IMG/VR virus record: IMGVR_UViG_2778261571_000004
Length of the DNA stretch: 64,000 nt
Reading direction: 5' to 3' (one strand)
From: a virus
Lineage: Duplodnaviria; Heunggongvirae; Uroviricota; Caudoviricetes
The notes under the pieces are model-generated. The model saw nothing but the letters and a program-made list of their open reading frames with translations, was not told where the DNA came from and ran no database searches. The translations under genes and the position numbers were made by a program. Numbering within the stretch: the first letter of the stretch is position 1; each line of letters starts with the position of its first letter. Of the stretch, positions 63,012-64,000 are shown one piece after another.

Positions 63012-63227
63012 TCATTTTAACGCTCCTGATTCTACTAATTGCTGTAGCAATACTTTCCCTTTATCAGTTAACTGGTAGTTGGCCGAACACCACGTTTCAG
63101 AAACGTTTGCAACCAACCCTAACCGCTCTAACTTAGCTCGCGTTTTAGGCTTCCAGTACTCAGGGAACTCCGGCCACTTACTTATTTCATGAAGCGTTTC
63201 TTTCTCCCGTTTACTTAATACGATCAT
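63012..63227 (-). CDS. small hypothetical protein (71 aa)
   Basis: ATGA coupling with ligase stop. Confidence 0.45.
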   Translation of the reverse strand: MIVLSKREKETLHEISKWPEFPEYWKPKTRAKLERLGLVANVSETWCSANYQLTDKGKVLLQQLVESGALK

Positions 63228-64000
63228 TCTTTATCTCCGATTCGATCTTCGGTATCGCGTAAGCAACGCGGCCATTTCAGTCGTGGGTGGCGTAAGCTGC
63301 CATCCGGCGTTTTCTCGTGACAATGAACCTCGACAATACGACCACGGTACTTCTCTTTGTTGTTCCAGATCTCGTCCAGATATTTATGCTTAATGCCGCT
63401 CGCACGAACAATCACACCGTTTTCAAGGCGAATAACAATTTTTCCAAGCGTGTTGGCAAAACCAGAGTCCGGGTCGCCAGGCTCAAAGTCGATAATTTCA
63501 CCATCTTCTGAATCTTCGTCTTTTAACTTCCACCAGCTGCGGGTACGTTTAAACTCGTAAACAGAGTTCGGATCTTTGCCCATCTCCCCTTCTTCGTTAT
63601 CGTCCAGGCGTTTCATGAAGCGTTCGATGAAGTCTTCGTGGCTATGGATGATATAGAACGGATGCAGGTGAATGTCTTGTGCGTAGCCTTCACTGCGATC
63701 GTTTTTAAACAACGCCACCAGCATAGCCAGGCGCTCTTTCAGCTTCATACCTGTCTTTGCATACTCTTTGGATTTAGCCTGTGCCCGCCATTCCGGTAGG
63801 AAGAAGTCGAAAACATGATAAATAGCGCCAATTGCCTGCACGTTCTTTTTGCGCAATGCAGATACGGACTGGTTAAATGAACCGGCTGTTCCTTCACCAT
63901 CGAAGAAGATGTGTTTGTGGCCTGAAAGTTTGCCTAATTCGAGCATTGCTGGCTTTAGGTGATCGAGAGACGTGATTGGATTACCAGTACGAGAAAGGAA
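63224..64000 (-). CDS. ATP-dependent DNA ligase, C-terminal part (5' end lies beyond window)
   Basis: OB-fold/C-terminal ligase motifs (EGEIID, VEVHCHEKTPDGSLRHPR); reading frame continues past position 64000. Confidence 0.6.
   Translation of the reverse strand, partial: FLSRTGNPITSLDHLKPAMLELGKLSGHKHIFFDGEGTAGSFNQSVSALRKKNVQAIGAIYHVFDFFLPEWRAQAKSKEYAKTGMKLKERLAMLVALFKNDRSEGYAQDIHLHPFYIIHSHEDFIERFMKRLDDNEEGEMGKDPNSVYEFKRTRSWWKLKDEDSEDGEIIDFEPGDPDSGFANTLGKIVIRLENGVIVRASGIKHKYLDEIWNNKEKYRGRIVEVHCHEKTPDGSLRHPRLKWPRCLRDTEDRIGDKE

Noticed and set aside
62912-63136. Plus-strand hydrophobic peptide ORF starting MYGII within the conserved ATGTATGGAATCATTT motif (similar start at 61987)
   Set aside because: Antisense to 63012..63227, which is translationally coupled to the ligase gene; the conserved 5' sequence is more likely a DNA/RNA motif than a peptide family.

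Overview
The window is a mosaic, read from sequence alone with no database search. Coordinates taken from the ORF track are exact; motif, tRNA, terminator and intein coordinates were counted by hand and may be off by a few nt. (1) Backbone, about 1-7.8 kb and 19.2-64 kb: a phage-plasmid-like element, almost entirely minus-strand genes, with a large DNA-metabolism module (dnaE-like Pol III alpha, nrdA/nrdB, thymidylate synthase-like, DHFR, glutaredoxin, SbcCD-like nuclease, RuvC-like resolvase, RecA-like recombinase interrupted by a LAGLIDADG intein, gp32-like SSB, FEN-type exonuclease, RNase HI, DnaQ-like exonuclease, Dam-family methyltransferase, CobS/CobT-like pair, partial DNA ligase). It also carries an iteron-flanked Rep gene, a tyrosine integrase with an HTH regulator, and four non-E. 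coli-type tRNA genes. The content resembles SSU5/pHCM2-type phage-plasmids, but that is inference from gene content only. (2) Cargo, about 7.8-20.7 kb: chromosome-type metG and apbC/mrp, a LexA-box-controlled UmuD'-like gene lacking the N-terminal arm, and a complete Type IC (EcoR124-family) hsdM-hsdS-hsdR system whose hsdS has three tandem 12-bp TAEL repeats. (3) Two families of AT-rich palindromic motifs recur just upstream of many backbone genes, and several long structured non-coding regions and repeat arrays are not explained by any ORF. Many backbone proteins have no function I can assign. The best candidates for an undescribed system are the unassigned modules at 19.2-20.7 kb, 21.6-22.8 kb, 42.2-42.9 kb and 49.2-50.1 kb, plus the two palindromic operator families.
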